Shown one piece after another: positions 1-10,692 of a stretch of DNA of 64,000 nucleotides. The stretch covers positions 8,469 through 72,468 of the forward strand of contig MFRW01000003.1 of assembly GCA_001786575.1 (NCBI GenBank), given 5' to 3'. Under the pieces are notes generated by a model, which was given only the letters and a program-made list of their open reading frames with translations, had not been told where the DNA came from and searched no databases. Source of the DNA: Candidatus Moranbacteria bacterium RIFCSPHIGHO2_01_FULL_55_24 (GTDB taxonomy: Bacteria > Patescibacteriota > Minisyncoccia > Moranbacterales > UBA1568). The position numbers and the translations under genes were made by a program. The number at the start of each line of letters is the position of its first letter. Position 1 is the first letter of the stretch.

Positions 1-830
1 ATGTGGCGCCCCTGGTTGGTATTGTCGAAATAGAGACTGCCATTGGTACCTGCCAAGGCCTGGCTCTTGATGTAGCTCAAATCTCCCAAGATACCGGTAA
101 AATCCGTCGAGGCCACCGGGAACTGGCGACCGCTCTCGAAAACGCTCGGGCGGTCCGGGACGGCGCTCGGCGGCAGAGGATCCGTCGGGCTCACGTGCGT
201 ATGCACGGCGAATTCGTTCCCGCCGGTATGGTCCGGGTCGTTATAATCGGAAATAGCGCTGGTGACGATGTTGTGTGCCACGCCGTCGAAACGGATGCCC
301 TGGTTCGAATGGATCTTCCCGAACACTTCCGTGCCGCTCCCGAAGCGCAAGTTGTCGTTCGCCAGAACGATGTACTCGCTCCACGCCGGCTTCCGGAAGC
401 GCACTTCGATGACGCGGGTCACATCCGGGTAACGATAGGTCCAGCCGGTCGCCCGGACGATGACGACCGTCGAACCGTCTGCCGGAGGCGTCACCTCTAA
501 GCGGTATTTCCCGATTGCGTCGCCATTCGGATCCTTATATTCGGCTTCATACGGCGTGCCCACTCCGTACGCACCACCGGTCGCCCAAAAATCCGCGATC
601 TGCTGGGCGGTCCGTCCCTCCGCCTGGTGGGCCAGATACCAGCGGTAGAACTGGATGCCGGATTCCGCGATCTGGAAAGCTTGCTCGCGTGCGTGTACCT
701 GGAGAGAATACTTCGTCTGGGACGCTACGAAACTGATGATAGACGTCATGATGATCGCTATCATCGACATGATGACGAGGCCATAGGCCAGAATCGAGCC
801 GCGAAGCGTTTTCCTTCGGATCCTATTCAT
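1..830 (-). CDS. PilX-like minor pilin / pilus assembly protein (3' end beyond window)
   Basis: Read by hand from ATG at 830: MNRIRRKTLRGSILAYGLVIMSMIAII...AREQAFQIAESGIQFYRWYLAH. PilX-type N-terminus; overlaps the stop of the upstream pilin; absent from the ORF track because it runs off the window. Confidence 0.8.
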   Translation of the reverse strand, partial: MNRIRRKTLRGSILAYGLVIMSMIAIIMTSIISFVASQTKYSLQVHAREQAFQIAESGIQFYRWYLAHQAEGRTAQQIADFWATGGAYGVGTPYEAEYKDPNGDAIGKYRLEVTPPADGSTVVIVRATGWTYRYPDVTRVIEVRFRKPAWSEYIVLANDNLRFGSGTEVFGKIHSNQGIRFDGVAHNIVTSAISDYNDPDHTGGNEFAVHTHVSPTDPLPPSAVPDRPSVFESGRQFPVASTDFTGILGDLSYIKSQALAGTNGSLYFDNTNQGRH

Positions 831-1464
831 AGTTGTGCAGGTTACGCAGATCGACGAAGGATTCGATATTGACGTTATCAGGAGCATGCACCGGATTGAT
901 GTTCACATACAGATGGATGCGGATGAGCCGCACGCTCCCGACCGCCACCGGCGTGGAGAGCGGATTGTTCGCCGTGTCTCCCGGATAGTTGTCGTTGTAA
1001 TAATAGAACACCGGATCATCGGCCTCATTCACCACATAGTTCGTCATGACGGTCGTCGTCTCATCGCCTGCCGGATACGTCACCGGGGTACCGGCGCTCG
1101 GATTGGTCACTCCGACCTTGAGCTGGTCATTCACCTGGTCCAGATAGTAGTGGGCCCGCTCGATTACGCCGTCGTCATCGACATCGGCATAGGCCGTCAG
1201 CTCGAAATCATCGCCGCTCTCCAGAGGATAGTCGCCGTTGTCGGCCTGCTGGATGCCGCGCAGCTGGATCACGATCTGATTCGTAGCGCGGGATGCTGCG
1301 GCAGAAGCGATCCCCTCTTCGAGGATGAACTTGTTGGTATCCCAAGTGCGGACGAAGAGAAACGTGAAACCCTCCATCGCGATGAGCATCACCGCGATCG
1401 CGACAAGCATCTCGATGAGCGTCATCCCCTTCAATTGTTTCGGTATCTTCAGCATAGGGATCAA
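823..1464 (-). CDS. Prepilin-type N-terminal cleavage/methylation protein (PilW-like minor pilin)
   Basis: KG-MTLIEMLVAIAV type IV prepilin motif. Confidence 0.9.
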   Translation of the reverse strand: MIPMLKIPKQLKGMTLIEMLVAIAVMLIAMEGFTFLFVRTWDTNKFILEEGIASAAASRATNQIVIQLRGIQQADNGDYPLESGDDFELTAYADVDDDGVIERAHYYLDQVNDQLKVGVTNPSAGTPVTYPAGDETTTVMTNYVVNEADDPVFYYYNDNYPGDTANNPLSTPVAVGSVRLIRIHLYVNINPVHAPDNVNIESFVDLRNLHNYE

Positions 1465-2840
1465 TTAGCAGTCATCTGGAAGCTCTTTATCTCCAAGGCG
1501 CCGTTCACCGTTGCCGTGTCATTCTTATCGCCGAACCCGGTCGCCGTAACCTGAATATCGTAGGTACCGGCTACAAGCTCCGGCAACGTCTCCGGGAAGT
1601 AGGCTACTCCGAACGTATCGGTGGTGAGCGTTACGTCATAAGCGAGGGTCGCGTTCGAGAGTTTGACGCTCGCTCCGGCGATCGGGCTCCCATCGGCCTG
1701 GTTGGTCACTTCCGCTTTTACCGATCCGATCCCCTTGTCCAGGAGCACTGCCGTTATCGCCCCCGGCCCGCCGGGAGGAGCATCGAAGATGGTAGCGGTT
1801 ATCCCTTCCGGTGAAATCTTCCAGAATTCATACCCGGCATCGGAAACCGCTACGGTATATTGGCCGTAGCTTTCGTTGGAGTAGCTCGCTTCTCCCGTGC
1901 TATTCGTCGAGCCGCTCGCCGAAAAAGCAGAGACGTTTTCTCCGGTGCCGGGATCCGTCCCCAAGACGCGCCCGCCGGAAAGCGAATACGCGACGCTCGG
2001 GATAGCCGTCCCGAAGGGATCCTTGGTAGAGAGGACGATATCCACTTCCTGGTCCATAACGAGCGTCTTCTGGTTCAGCGCGCCAGCGACCACCGAGGCA
2101 TGCACATCTACCGGGTTATAGGCGGAAGCCGGGTAGGAGGGATACGTCTGTGCGCCGTAGTAGCCGTTCTTGGAAACCGTGAGTACATAGTTCTCCGTCC
2201 CTGCCGGCGACCCCGGCAAGGTGATGTTTCCGGTAGAGTCCGTCGTGGTGGTCACGTTTACGCCTGCGGCGCTATTCACGATATGCACGGTCGCGCCGGC
2301 GACCCCGCTCCCCGTCGCATCCAGGATATTGATCGACAGGACGCCTCCGCCGCCGGATGTCTCGACGCCGTTCGGAGAGAAGTTCCCGAAAATCGCTACC
2401 TGCTGATCCGTCCCGCCTGCGCCCCACGAGACCGTGATCCGCACGCGCTTGTAGTCGGTCGGGATCGTATCGTTCGGCGAGCCGCCCGACTGCCCATCGA
2501 AGGCATCATCGGCATACTGGACGAAGGTATGCACCTGGTACTTTATAGTGTTCACGCTCACCGTCTCGTCTTCCAAGATATCGCCGGCCGGGATACCGTA
2601 TACCCAGGCACTGCCATTCCAATGCTTGGTGCCGATATCGGCGTAGTCGATGCTCCGGACGACTTCCATCTTCTGGTTCGCGAGCGCCGTCGCGCCCAGA
2701 CGGTTCTTGGATTCGATGATCATGCGCGTCCCTGTCGCATACGTCTCGAGAAAGATGACGGAAATGAGCGAGAAGATGAGCAGAAACACCATCGATTCGA
2801 TCAAGGTGAAGCCCTTCAGATTTTTTCCTCCTGATGCCAT
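1461..2840 (-). CDS. Large minor pilin with C-terminal carboxypeptidase-regulatory-like beta-sandwich domains
   Basis: KG-FTLIES prepilin motif; repeated beta-rich modules (GATVHI..TTTDSTG, GASVKL..TTDTFG). Confidence 0.85.
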   Translation of the reverse strand: MASGGKNLKGFTLIESMVFLLIFSLISVIFLETYATGTRMIIESKNRLGATALANQKMEVVRSIDYADIGTKHWNGSAWVYGIPAGDILEDETVSVNTIKYQVHTFVQYADDAFDGQSGGSPNDTIPTDYKRVRITVSWGAGGTDQQVAIFGNFSPNGVETSGGGGVLSINILDATGSGVAGATVHIVNSAAGVNVTTTTDSTGNITLPGSPAGTENYVLTVSKNGYYGAQTYPSYPASAYNPVDVHASVVAGALNQKTLVMDQEVDIVLSTKDPFGTAIPSVAYSLSGGRVLGTDPGTGENVSAFSASGSTNSTGEASYSNESYGQYTVAVSDAGYEFWKISPEGITATIFDAPPGGPGAITAVLLDKGIGSVKAEVTNQADGSPIAGASVKLSNATLAYDVTLTTDTFGVAYFPETLPELVAGTYDIQVTATGFGDKNDTATVNGALEIKSFQMTAN

Positions 2841-2877
2841 TCGGATATATTTATTTTCCTCCGGAAGCGCTGCCGCT

Positions 2878-4104
2878 TTATTTGATGTTTTCGAGGACCG
2901 AATACATCGGCTGGAGCATCGCGATCGCGAAAAATCCCACCGATCCGCCGATCAGAAGCATGAGGATCGGCTCGATGATCGAGGACATGTTCTTGGTAAT
3001 CTGGGAGACTTCTTCCTCATAGAACTCGGCCAGGCGCCGGAGCACCATTTCCGTCTTGCCGGTCTCCTCGCCCACTTCGATGATCTGCGGCACGAGAATC
3101 GGGAAGAGCTTGGGATACTGGGAGATGACTTTCGAGAGTTCCACGCCTTTCTGGATCTCGCCGATGGCATGGTCGAGCGCTTCCTTGTAGTGCACGTTCC
3201 CGAGCGTCTTCGACACGATCGTAAGCGAATTCACCACCGAGACACCGCTCTTCAGAAGCGAACTGTAGATGCGTGCGAAACGCGCGCAGTTCACTTTGAT
3301 TACGATGTTCCCGATGATCGGCAAGCGGACGTAGAGCCAGCCGAAGAAACGCTTCCCGATCGCCGTCCCGGCGAATGCCCGGATACCGAACACCGTTCCC
3401 AGAGCGAGCGCCGTGCTCAAGATAGAGTGTCCCCGGATGAAGTCGCTTAGAGCGATAATCGCCTGCGTCGTCGCAGGCAGCTCCACATCCATGTCCTGGA
3501 AGACTCCGGTGATCTTCGGGAGGATGTAGACGAGCATGAGGATCGCGATGCCGATCATAGCGACCACGATCACCGCCGGGTAGATGAGCGCACCCTTGAC
3601 CTTCGAGAGGAGGTCGTGTTCCTTTTCGAGCTGGAGCGCGAGGATATCCAGCACCTCTTCCAAGTTGCCCGACACCTCCCCCACCGCGATCATGTTCGTG
3701 AAGAGTTCGTTGAAGACTTTCGGATACTTCGAGAGGCTCTCCGAGAGCGTTTTGCCGCTCTGGAGCTCATCGAACACTTCGTTCAGGATCTTCCGGAAGG
3801 TGCTGTTCCGCGTCTGGAGCGCGAGGTTGTGGAGCGCGCGCGAGACCGTCAGGCCCGAAGAGATCATCACCGCCAAGTTGCGGGTGAAAACCATCTTTTC
3901 CTTCAGCGGGACCGAACGGAAGCGGTCCAGGAATTCGATAGAGATCTTCGTCTTTTCTGCGACCGGGCGATGGGACGTCAGAAGCAGCCCTTGGGAACGG
4001 AGATCCTGGGCAAGCATCTGCTCATCTTTCGCTTCCATCTCGCCGGCAGATGTCTCGCCAGTCGCCGCGTTTTTTGCCGTGTAAAGAAATTTTGGCATAG
4101 CCAA
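2878..4104 (-). CDS. pilC: Type IV pilus / T2SS F-family platform protein PilC
   Basis: Two T2SSF repeats (GEVSGNL, GEETGK), ALIYP and IEP motifs. Confidence 0.93.
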   Translation of the reverse strand: MAMPKFLYTAKNAATGETSAGEMEAKDEQMLAQDLRSQGLLLTSHRPVAEKTKISIEFLDRFRSVPLKEKMVFTRNLAVMISSGLTVSRALHNLALQTRNSTFRKILNEVFDELQSGKTLSESLSKYPKVFNELFTNMIAVGEVSGNLEEVLDILALQLEKEHDLLSKVKGALIYPAVIVVAMIGIAILMLVYILPKITGVFQDMDVELPATTQAIIALSDFIRGHSILSTALALGTVFGIRAFAGTAIGKRFFGWLYVRLPIIGNIVIKVNCARFARIYSSLLKSGVSVVNSLTIVSKTLGNVHYKEALDHAIGEIQKGVELSKVISQYPKLFPILVPQIIEVGEETGKTEMVLRRLAEFYEEEVSQITKNMSSIIEPILMLLIGGSVGFFAIAMLQPMYSVLENIK

Positions 4105-4158
4105 TTTTTGTTTCGATTTTCATCTTGAGTATACCACATTCCGGAGCGCAAAAGCTCG

Positions 4159-5076
4159 CTAAAAACGCATGCGCTCCTTGAAAAGCGAGAAGACTTTCGG
4201 GCCGCGGGGCCGCGGCAGGAAGATGAGCGCCTGATCGCTCGCCTCGATGAGACTGCCCTCGAGCGCGGTGTTCGGATTCCTTGCGATTTTCGCTTTCTGG
4301 ATCCTGGCCAGCCAGGTCTCCAGAGCGAAAAAATCAGAGATACTCTCGAGCGCGCGTTGAATCTTCATCTGGATGCGGCTTTCAGGGAGAGTCAGGCGAT
4401 GAGAGAGGATTGTCGGCGCGAACTCCGGCTTCCACTTGCGTATCCAGGCATTCGAGAGCTCGAAACGGCGGAACGTCGGGATGCCGAAAAGCGGCACCAG
4501 AAAACGGTACTCATGCGCCGAGTAGAGATCCTTGGTCATGATCTCCAGATTGTCTTCGGTAATGAAATAATTGAGACAGGCCCGGTCGGTAATCTTCTTC
4601 CCATGGCGGCGCTTCCCGATAGCATGGAGGAAGAGCGTCACGATGGTGCGTCCGAACCAGATCTTCCCGGCCCGGAAAACGATGAGCATATCCCAATCGC
4701 TCCTCCGGGTGCCATGCTTCATGGCCAGACTCCCTGTCGCCCCGATCATCCGCACATACGGGAGGCAGCTGATGAGCCGCGCCAGGCGCCGCATACGGAC
4801 CAATTTGCGCGCAGAACACTTCTCTCGCTGGATGCGGAGAGAAAGCAGCGCTTCACGTCCGGGCGAGAAGTACAGTCCCGAGCGCATCGCGATCTTCCCC
4901 TGGAGCAATTCTCCCTCCAGGGATTGCACGACTTCTCCGAGCGTCCACGTCGCCTCCTGGCCATCGCCTTCGTGCGCGACCAGATGTTTCCAGATCTCGA
5001 AGCTGGTCAACGGATAGTCCAAGACATCGTAGTATGTCACCGTCGCCAAAATATTTTTCGCCAACTGATGACCCAT
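4159..5076 (-). CDS. Conserved protein with Pol-beta-like nucleotidyltransferase motif
   Basis: TGSLAM...SDWDMLIV matches hGS-x(n)-DxD. Confidence 0.6.
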   Translation of the reverse strand: MGHQLAKNILATVTYYDVLDYPLTSFEIWKHLVAHEGDGQEATWTLGEVVQSLEGELLQGKIAMRSGLYFSPGREALLSLRIQREKCSARKLVRMRRLARLISCLPYVRMIGATGSLAMKHGTRRSDWDMLIVFRAGKIWFGRTIVTLFLHAIGKRRHGKKITDRACLNYFITEDNLEIMTKDLYSAHEYRFLVPLFGIPTFRRFELSNAWIRKWKPEFAPTILSHRLTLPESRIQMKIQRALESISDFFALETWLARIQKAKIARNPNTALEGSLIEASDQALIFLPRPRGPKVFSLFKERMRF

Positions 5077-5094
5077 ACGTTTCTTGTCTTCCGG

Positions 5095-7887
5095 TTACAG
5101 ATACTTGGCGGTAAAGCTCCTCTTTGCGGTTTTGAGTTTCACGGGTGTGCCGGAAAATACCAGTTCGCCGCCCTTGGCTCCGCCGTCAGGGCCGAGTTCG
5201 ATCACCCAGTCGGAAGCCTTGATGACATCGGTATTGTGTTCTACGACGAGCACGGTATTCCCCTTGTCTACGAGCGCGTCGAGGACTTCCAAGAGCCTGC
5301 GCACGTCTTCGAAGTGGAGGCCGATCGTCGGCTCGTCCAATATATAGAGCGTTTTTCCGGTGGATTTGCGTGCGAGCTCGGTCGCGAGCTTGATGCGCTG
5401 GGCTTCGCCGCCCGAAAGATTGGTCGCGCTCTGGCCCAAGACCAGGTAGCCCAAGCCCACTTCTTCCAAGACGCGGAGCTTCTCCTCTATGAGCGGCTGG
5501 TCCAGGAAGAAGCGGCGCGCTTCGGTCACCGTCATCTGGAGCACCTTCGCGATATTGATGCCGCGGTATTCGATAGAGAGCGTTTTCTGATTATAGCGGG
5601 TCCCCTGGCAGATCTCGCAGGGCACATAGACGTCCGGCAGGAGGTACATCTCGATCTTCTTGAGCCCCCCGCCCTGGCAGGCCTCGCACCGTCCTCCGCG
5701 CATGTTGAAGCTGAAGTGGCTGGCGCCGAATTTCTCGCGCTCGGCTTCCGGTGTCTCTGCGAAGAGGTCGCGGATTAGGCTGAACACGCCGGTATAGGTC
5801 GCGGCATTGGAACGCGGCGTGCGGCCGATCGGATCCTGGGTGACTGTGATCACTTTGTCGACATCGGAAAGCCCGGTGATCTTCTTGTGCGCTCCCGGCT
5901 CCTTCTTGGCGCGGAAGAAATGCTTCGCAAGCGCCCGTGAAAGGATGTCGTGGACCAGGGAGGATTTTCCGGATCCGGAAACTCCCGCCACCGATACCAG
6001 CATCCCGAGCGGGATCTCGACGTCGATGTTCTTCAGGTTGTGCTCCTTGGCGCCATGGATCGTCAGATGCTTGCCGCTTCCCTTGCGACCCTTCTTCTTC
6101 TCCGACACCTGGCGCTTGCCGGAGAGGTATTGACCGGTCAGAAGCTTGGAGCGCATCAGTTCCTGCGGAGTCCCTTCGAAGATCACCTCACCGCCCTCCT
6201 GGCCAGCGCCCGGTCCCATATCGATCACGTAATCAGCGCGCTTCATGATAGCGACGTCATGCTCCACCACGACGAGCGAGTTGTTCGCGGCGCGCAGATC
6301 CTCGAGCGCATGGATGAGCTTCTCGGTGTCGCGGCTGTGGAGACCTACCGACGGCTCGTCAAGGACGTAGATGATTCCCGAAAGGCCCGACTTCATCTGG
6401 ACCGACAGGCGGATGCGCTGGGCTTCGCCGCCGGAGAGCGTGTCCGCCCCGCGGCAGATCTCGAGATAGCCGAGACCCACTTTCTCCACTGCCTCGAGCC
6501 GCATGCGCATCTCGCGGAAGATCGGCTCGATGAGTGTTTTCTCCCCTGTCTTCAACAGCTTCTTTTCGAGGATCGGCAGGCTCGTCAAGAGCGCCTCTAC
6601 GCTCTGGCGCGCGATGTCATCGATAGAAAGATTCTCCACGCGGACCGCAAGCGTCTCCGGCTTCAGCCGCTTGCCCTGGCAGGCCGGACAGACGCGCGAA
6701 AGCATATATGCCTCGATATCGGCACGCAGGTGGTCAGACTTGGTCTCGTGGTACTTGCGCTCCAAGAGCGGAATGACTCCCGGAAAGCCGTCCTCTTCGG
6801 CTTCTCCGTAAAGGATGATATCCAGATGCTTGGCTGAAAGCTTGTTGAGCGGCTTTTCGAGCGAGAAGCGCAGCCTCTTGGAAACTTCGCGGAGCATCTG
6901 CATCGGCCCATGGCCGCTCTGGCGGTCGCCGTTCATCTTGCTCCAAGGACGGATCGCTCCTTCTGCCAAAGAAAGACTCTTGTTCGGGATGACGAGTTCC
7001 GGATCGAATTCGAGCGTGATGCCGAGACCCGAGCATTTCTTGCAGGCGCCTTCGGGACTATTGAATGAAAAATGGCTCGGCGTGAATTCCGGCAGATGGA
7101 TGCCGCAATCCTCGCAGCGGTACTCCTCGTTGTAGGTCCACTCTTCCCCGCTCCCATTGATGCGGAGCGTGAGCGTCCCTTGCCCCGCATGGAATGCCGT
7201 CTGGAGCGAATCCAGGATGCGTTCCTTGTCCGGGCGCACGGTATCCAGCACGATGCGGTCGATCACGAGGCCGACATGGGAAACCTCGTTTTCGGAAGCC
7301 TCTTGGAGCGCTTCCGCGATCGAGACGACCTCGCCTTTCCAGATGACGCGCGCATAGCCCCAGGCGCTCACCATCTCGAGCGCCGTCTTCTCGGTCTTGT
7401 CTTGCAATAGCTTGCTTTCCGCTACGAACACGAGCGGCGTCTGGTTCGGCAGCGCCAGGATCTCATCAAGAATCTCGCGCACGTTCTTCCTGGTCAGCTC
7501 ATGGCCGCAGTCGGGGCAATGCGGGATGCCGAGCTTTGCGAAGAGCACGCGCAGGTAATCGTACACTTCCGTCATGGTGCCCACGGTCGAGCGCGGGCTT
7601 CGCGACACGCTCTTCTGGTCTATGGAAATCGCCGGCGAGAGATTATGGATCGCATCGACGTCCGGCTTCTCGAAGCCGTCCATGAAATTGCGCGCATACG
7701 AAGAAAGCGACTCGACATAGCGCCGATTCGCTTCCGCAAAAAGAGTATCGAAGGCAAGAGAAGATTTTCCAGAACCTGACAAGCCGGTTATGACCACAAG
7801 AGAATCCCGCGGAATATCGACGTTGATATCCTTCAGATTGTTCACCCGCGCGCCGCGCACCTCGATCACCGATTTCTTGCCTGCCAT
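5095..7887 (-). CDS. uvrA: Excinuclease ABC subunit A, full-length paralog
   Basis: Two Walker A motifs ([16 protein letters not shown]), two LSGGEAQR signatures, Zn fingers, FSFN motifs. Confidence 0.97.
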   Translation of the reverse strand: MAGKKSVIEVRGARVNNLKDINVDIPRDSLVVITGLSGSGKSSLAFDTLFAEANRRYVESLSSYARNFMDGFEKPDVDAIHNLSPAISIDQKSVSRSPRSTVGTMTEVYDYLRVLFAKLGIPHCPDCGHELTRKNVREILDEILALPNQTPLVFVAESKLLQDKTEKTALEMVSAWGYARVIWKGEVVSIAEALQEASENEVSHVGLVIDRIVLDTVRPDKERILDSLQTAFHAGQGTLTLRINGSGEEWTYNEEYRCEDCGIHLPEFTPSHFSFNSPEGACKKCSGLGITLEFDPELVIPNKSLSLAEGAIRPWSKMNGDRQSGHGPMQMLREVSKRLRFSLEKPLNKLSAKHLDIILYGEAEEDGFPGVIPLLERKYHETKSDHLRADIEAYMLSRVCPACQGKRLKPETLAVRVENLSIDDIARQSVEALLTSLPILEKKLLKTGEKTLIEPIFREMRMRLEAVEKVGLGYLEICRGADTLSGGEAQRIRLSVQMKSGLSGIIYVLDEPSVGLHSRDTEKLIHALEDLRAANNSLVVVEHDVAIMKRADYVIDMGPGAGQEGGEVIFEGTPQELMRSKLLTGQYLSGKRQVSEKKKGRKGSGKHLTIHGAKEHNLKNIDVEIPLGMLVSVAGVSGSGKSSLVHDILSRALAKHFFRAKKEPGAHKKITGLSDVDKVITVTQDPIGRTPRSNAATYTGVFSLIRDLFAETPEAEREKFGASHFSFNMRGGRCEACQGGGLKKIEMYLLPDVYVPCEICQGTRYNQKTLSIEYRGINIAKVLQMTVTEARRFFLDQPLIEEKLRVLEEVGLGYLVLGQSATNLSGGEAQRIKLATELARKSTGKTLYILDEPTIGLHFEDVRRLLEVLDALVDKGNTVLVVEHNTDVIKASDWVIELGPDGGAKGGELVFSGTPVKLKTAKRSFTAKYL

Positions 7888-8010
7888 AATTCTTCGTGTC
7901 TTGTCAGAAAAAAGAAACAGTTGTCTCCCAGCATACTCCCTTTTCTCCGAAGTGTAAACCCCTATAAGGAAAAGCCCGCCTCGGCAATATTGTCATGGAC
8001 AGAAGCTCCG

Positions 8011-9285
8011 TCAACGCAGGAAGGCTCCTCTCCGGCGCTTGCGGTGGAAGGTGATAGCGAAGCGATGAGCCTCGGCATTCGCGAGGAGCGCCTCTTTCTT
8101 GAAGCGTTCCGCGAGCGCCTCGGGGCCGATCAGGCGCTCCGGCCGGTGGCGCTCGTTCTTCACCACGCCTAAGACCGGGATGCTTATCCCTAATTCCTCC
8201 AAGACCCGTTCGGCCACGTGAAGCTGCGCCTTGCCGCCATCCACCACGACGATTTCCGGGAACGGCCATTCGGGATGCGCGAAGCGCCGCCGAAGGATCT
8301 CTTCCAGGGCGGTCAGGTCATTCCCGCCATGCTTTCCCCGCAGTTTGAACTGCCGATAGTTCTCGTTCCTCGAGTGACTGTTCTGGACCACCGTCATGAC
8401 GCCGACGCTCTGGTCGCCCTGGAGGTGCGCCACGTCGAACGCCTCGATGCGGTGCCGCTCCTCTTCTTCCATGTCGTTCTTCACCAAGACCATGTCCTGG
8501 ATATGCTGCAGGCCGAAAAGCGTCCGCTTGATCTCGTTCGCCTCTTCGAAGCGCAGTTCCTTGGCGGCTTTGGCCATATCGCGCGTCAGCTCCCGCACGA
8601 TCATATTCTTCTTGCCCTGGAAGAACAGGCGGATGTGGTTGATATTCCTGGCATAGGCGGAAGCGGTCAGGGCGCCGCTACAGACACCCGGACACAGGCC
8701 GATCTGCGCGGAAAAGCAGGGCCGTGCTTTGGTTTTCTGCTTCTCGGTCAGCTCCGCATACGGCACGCACTTGTCGCGGAACGGGAAGAGTTTGCGTATG
8801 ATCTTGAGCGCATCGCGCAGGCTGCCCCCGTTCGGGAACGGCCCGAAGGCGTACTTCACCGGGAGCATGAATTTCCCCTGGTCGAGATCGCGTTCGCGCA
8901 CCATAAGCACCCGCGGGAACTTCTCTTTCGTGATGATTACCCGATAGTAGCTCTTGTCGTCCTTGGCATCGGTATTGTACGGCGGCTGGTGGTCCTTGAT
9001 GAGCTCGGACTCCAGGAGGAGCGCTTCCAGGACGGAGTCCGTATGCCGGTAGGCGACCTGCACCACACGCTCCAGCATGAGCGAGATCTTCGGCCCCCGG
9101 GTGGCGAGGATGTCCTGCATGAAGTAGCTCTTCACCCGGTCGCGGAGCGAGGTCGCTTTGCCGATGTAGAGGACCTCATCGGAGGCGCCCAGGAAGAAAT
9201 ACACTCCCGGGTGCTCCGGCAATGAGTTCTTCTTCTGGAAAGCCTTAAGACTTACCTTTTTCTCCCAAGGGCGTTTCATAGGCAT
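8011..9285 (-). CDS. uvrC: Excinuclease ABC subunit C, short form lacking C-terminal HhH
   Basis: GIY-YIG (PGVY..YIGKA), Cys cluster, UVR domain, RNase H-like domain (EAFDVAH, DGGKAQ, EAHRFA). Confidence 0.92.
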   Translation of the reverse strand: MPMKRPWEKKVSLKAFQKKNSLPEHPGVYFFLGASDEVLYIGKATSLRDRVKSYFMQDILATRGPKISLMLERVVQVAYRHTDSVLEALLLESELIKDHQPPYNTDAKDDKSYYRVIITKEKFPRVLMVRERDLDQGKFMLPVKYAFGPFPNGGSLRDALKIIRKLFPFRDKCVPYAELTEKQKTKARPCFSAQIGLCPGVCSGALTASAYARNINHIRLFFQGKKNMIVRELTRDMAKAAKELRFEEANEIKRTLFGLQHIQDMVLVKNDMEEEERHRIEAFDVAHLQGDQSVGVMTVVQNSHSRNENYRQFKLRGKHGGNDLTALEEILRRRFAHPEWPFPEIVVVDGGKAQLHVAERVLEELGISIPVLGVVKNERHRPERLIGPEALAERFKKEALLANAEAHRFAITFHRKRRRGAFLR

Positions 9286-9408
9286 TTTTGGTCCTTCTAT
9301 TCAAGCATTCCGGCACCAGCCTGGCAACCCGCTTTACAAGGAACCGGGAATGTTGTATTACAAACATAATGTTCTTTTTTACGTATGGAGAGGAAAGGGA
9401 GGATACCT

Positions 9409-9906
9409 ATGGAAAAAACACTGCCCCTTCTGGGAAGGGGTCGCGAGGCTATCATCCGCCAGGTGGCCGGAAGCACTCTTCTCAACATGACGAAGAGGCA
9501 CATGAAATTCCAGCCTGCCATCCGGCTGGCTATGGCGGAACTCAAAGCTCCGCTCGACCCCAATGAGCAATACTACGTGCTGTACTATTTCATCCCGGAA
9601 TTCCTGGATGACATGGCGCTCGATATCGTAGATTCCATTTCACCCAAGCTCTCCGGCCGCTGGGAAGAAGGCTGCTATTTCGCTGCCGCCTTCCGCCGTG
9701 CTGCCAAGCAGTTCCGCGTCTATGAGAACAAGAACAAGCGTCTCTACTGCTGTCTCTTCCTGAAGACCCTGGAATTCGCCCGGCAGAGGATTCCCCAGAA
9801 AACGGTCGTCCTCGTCGATAAAGGGCCTCGCTATTACCTGCGCAAACTGCGCCGCGATCCGATCGCCCCCATCTTCGTGCCTGCCCTCGAACGGCTGGCT
9901 GCCTGA
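9409..9906 (+). CDS. Orphan hypothetical protein
   Basis: ORF preceded by GGAGG SD and followed by a hairpin with T-tract. Confidence 0.6.
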   Translation: MEKTLPLLGRGREAIIRQVAGSTLLNMTKRHMKFQPAIRLAMAELKAPLDPNEQYYVLYYFIPEFLDDMALDIVDSISPKLSGRWEEGCYFAAAFRRAAKQFRVYENKNKRLYCCLFLKTLEFARQRIPQKTVVLVDKGPRYYLRKLRRDPIAPIFVPALERLAA

Positions 9907-10016
9907 CTCAAAAAGCGTCCCGATCACTGATCGCGGCGCTTTTTTCTTACCTCTTGACTTTTTTACGTATTAGATGTATAATATAAGAACAGTACCTTCA
10001 GAAAAGGAGTCGGAAA

Positions 10017-10472
10017 TTGGCCTCAAACAAGCCTCGTATCCTTAGCCCGCGGGCTCGTCGTGCACTGCAGCAGGAAGCTATCCAGAAACAAGCGAAACGG
10101 ACTCAAGCGCTTGCCGATGAAGTCATCGAGTTCATCCAGGAAGGCTGGGGCTTCCATGCGGCTTTCAATCATGCTATCCGGCGCATACTCGGCAACTACC
10201 GCCGCACCAATCATGACGTCGACCTGTATAACGCCTACTTCGGCCGGGTACGGTTCCTGATATCGCAATCGCAGAAGATTTCTCGACAGGAACTCTCGGA
10301 AGCGTTGAAGCGCAAACACTTCACCCCTGCGAACCCGAACTTCGCCCACCCGAACTACGCCACTCCGAAACCTCGGCAAGGCGCGTTCGACTTCCCCTTC
10401 CCGACCGCGGCGCCCATCGTCTTAGACAGGAAGCGTCTCGCCGCCGGCGAACGACCGGAAGATTTCGACTAG
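10017..10472 (+). CDS. Orphan hypothetical protein
   Basis: TTGACT and TATAAT boxes plus AGGAG SD before a TTG start. Confidence 0.6.
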   Translation: MASNKPRILSPRARRALQQEAIQKQAKRTQALADEVIEFIQEGWGFHAAFNHAIRRILGNYRRTNHDVDLYNAYFGRVRFLISQSQKISRQELSEALKRKHFTPANPNFAHPNYATPKPRQGAFDFPFPTAAPIVLDRKRLAAGERPEDFD

Positions 10473-10692
10473 ACCAGATGCACACGTTGCCTCTGGTCTT
10501 TTTTTATACAAATTTTTTTATACAAAGAAAAAAGAAAAAGGAGAGGGTTCCGTTGGAATCTCTCTCCTTCAAGTTCGTGCGTTTTTTCTTCCTGCTACTT
10601 AATGTTCTTCTTATTGCCTTTTATCGGCTCCTCCCCGCGCCTCTTGGGCGGGCTCGTGGTCTTGCCGGTCTTCGCCAGCAGAGACAAATCCG

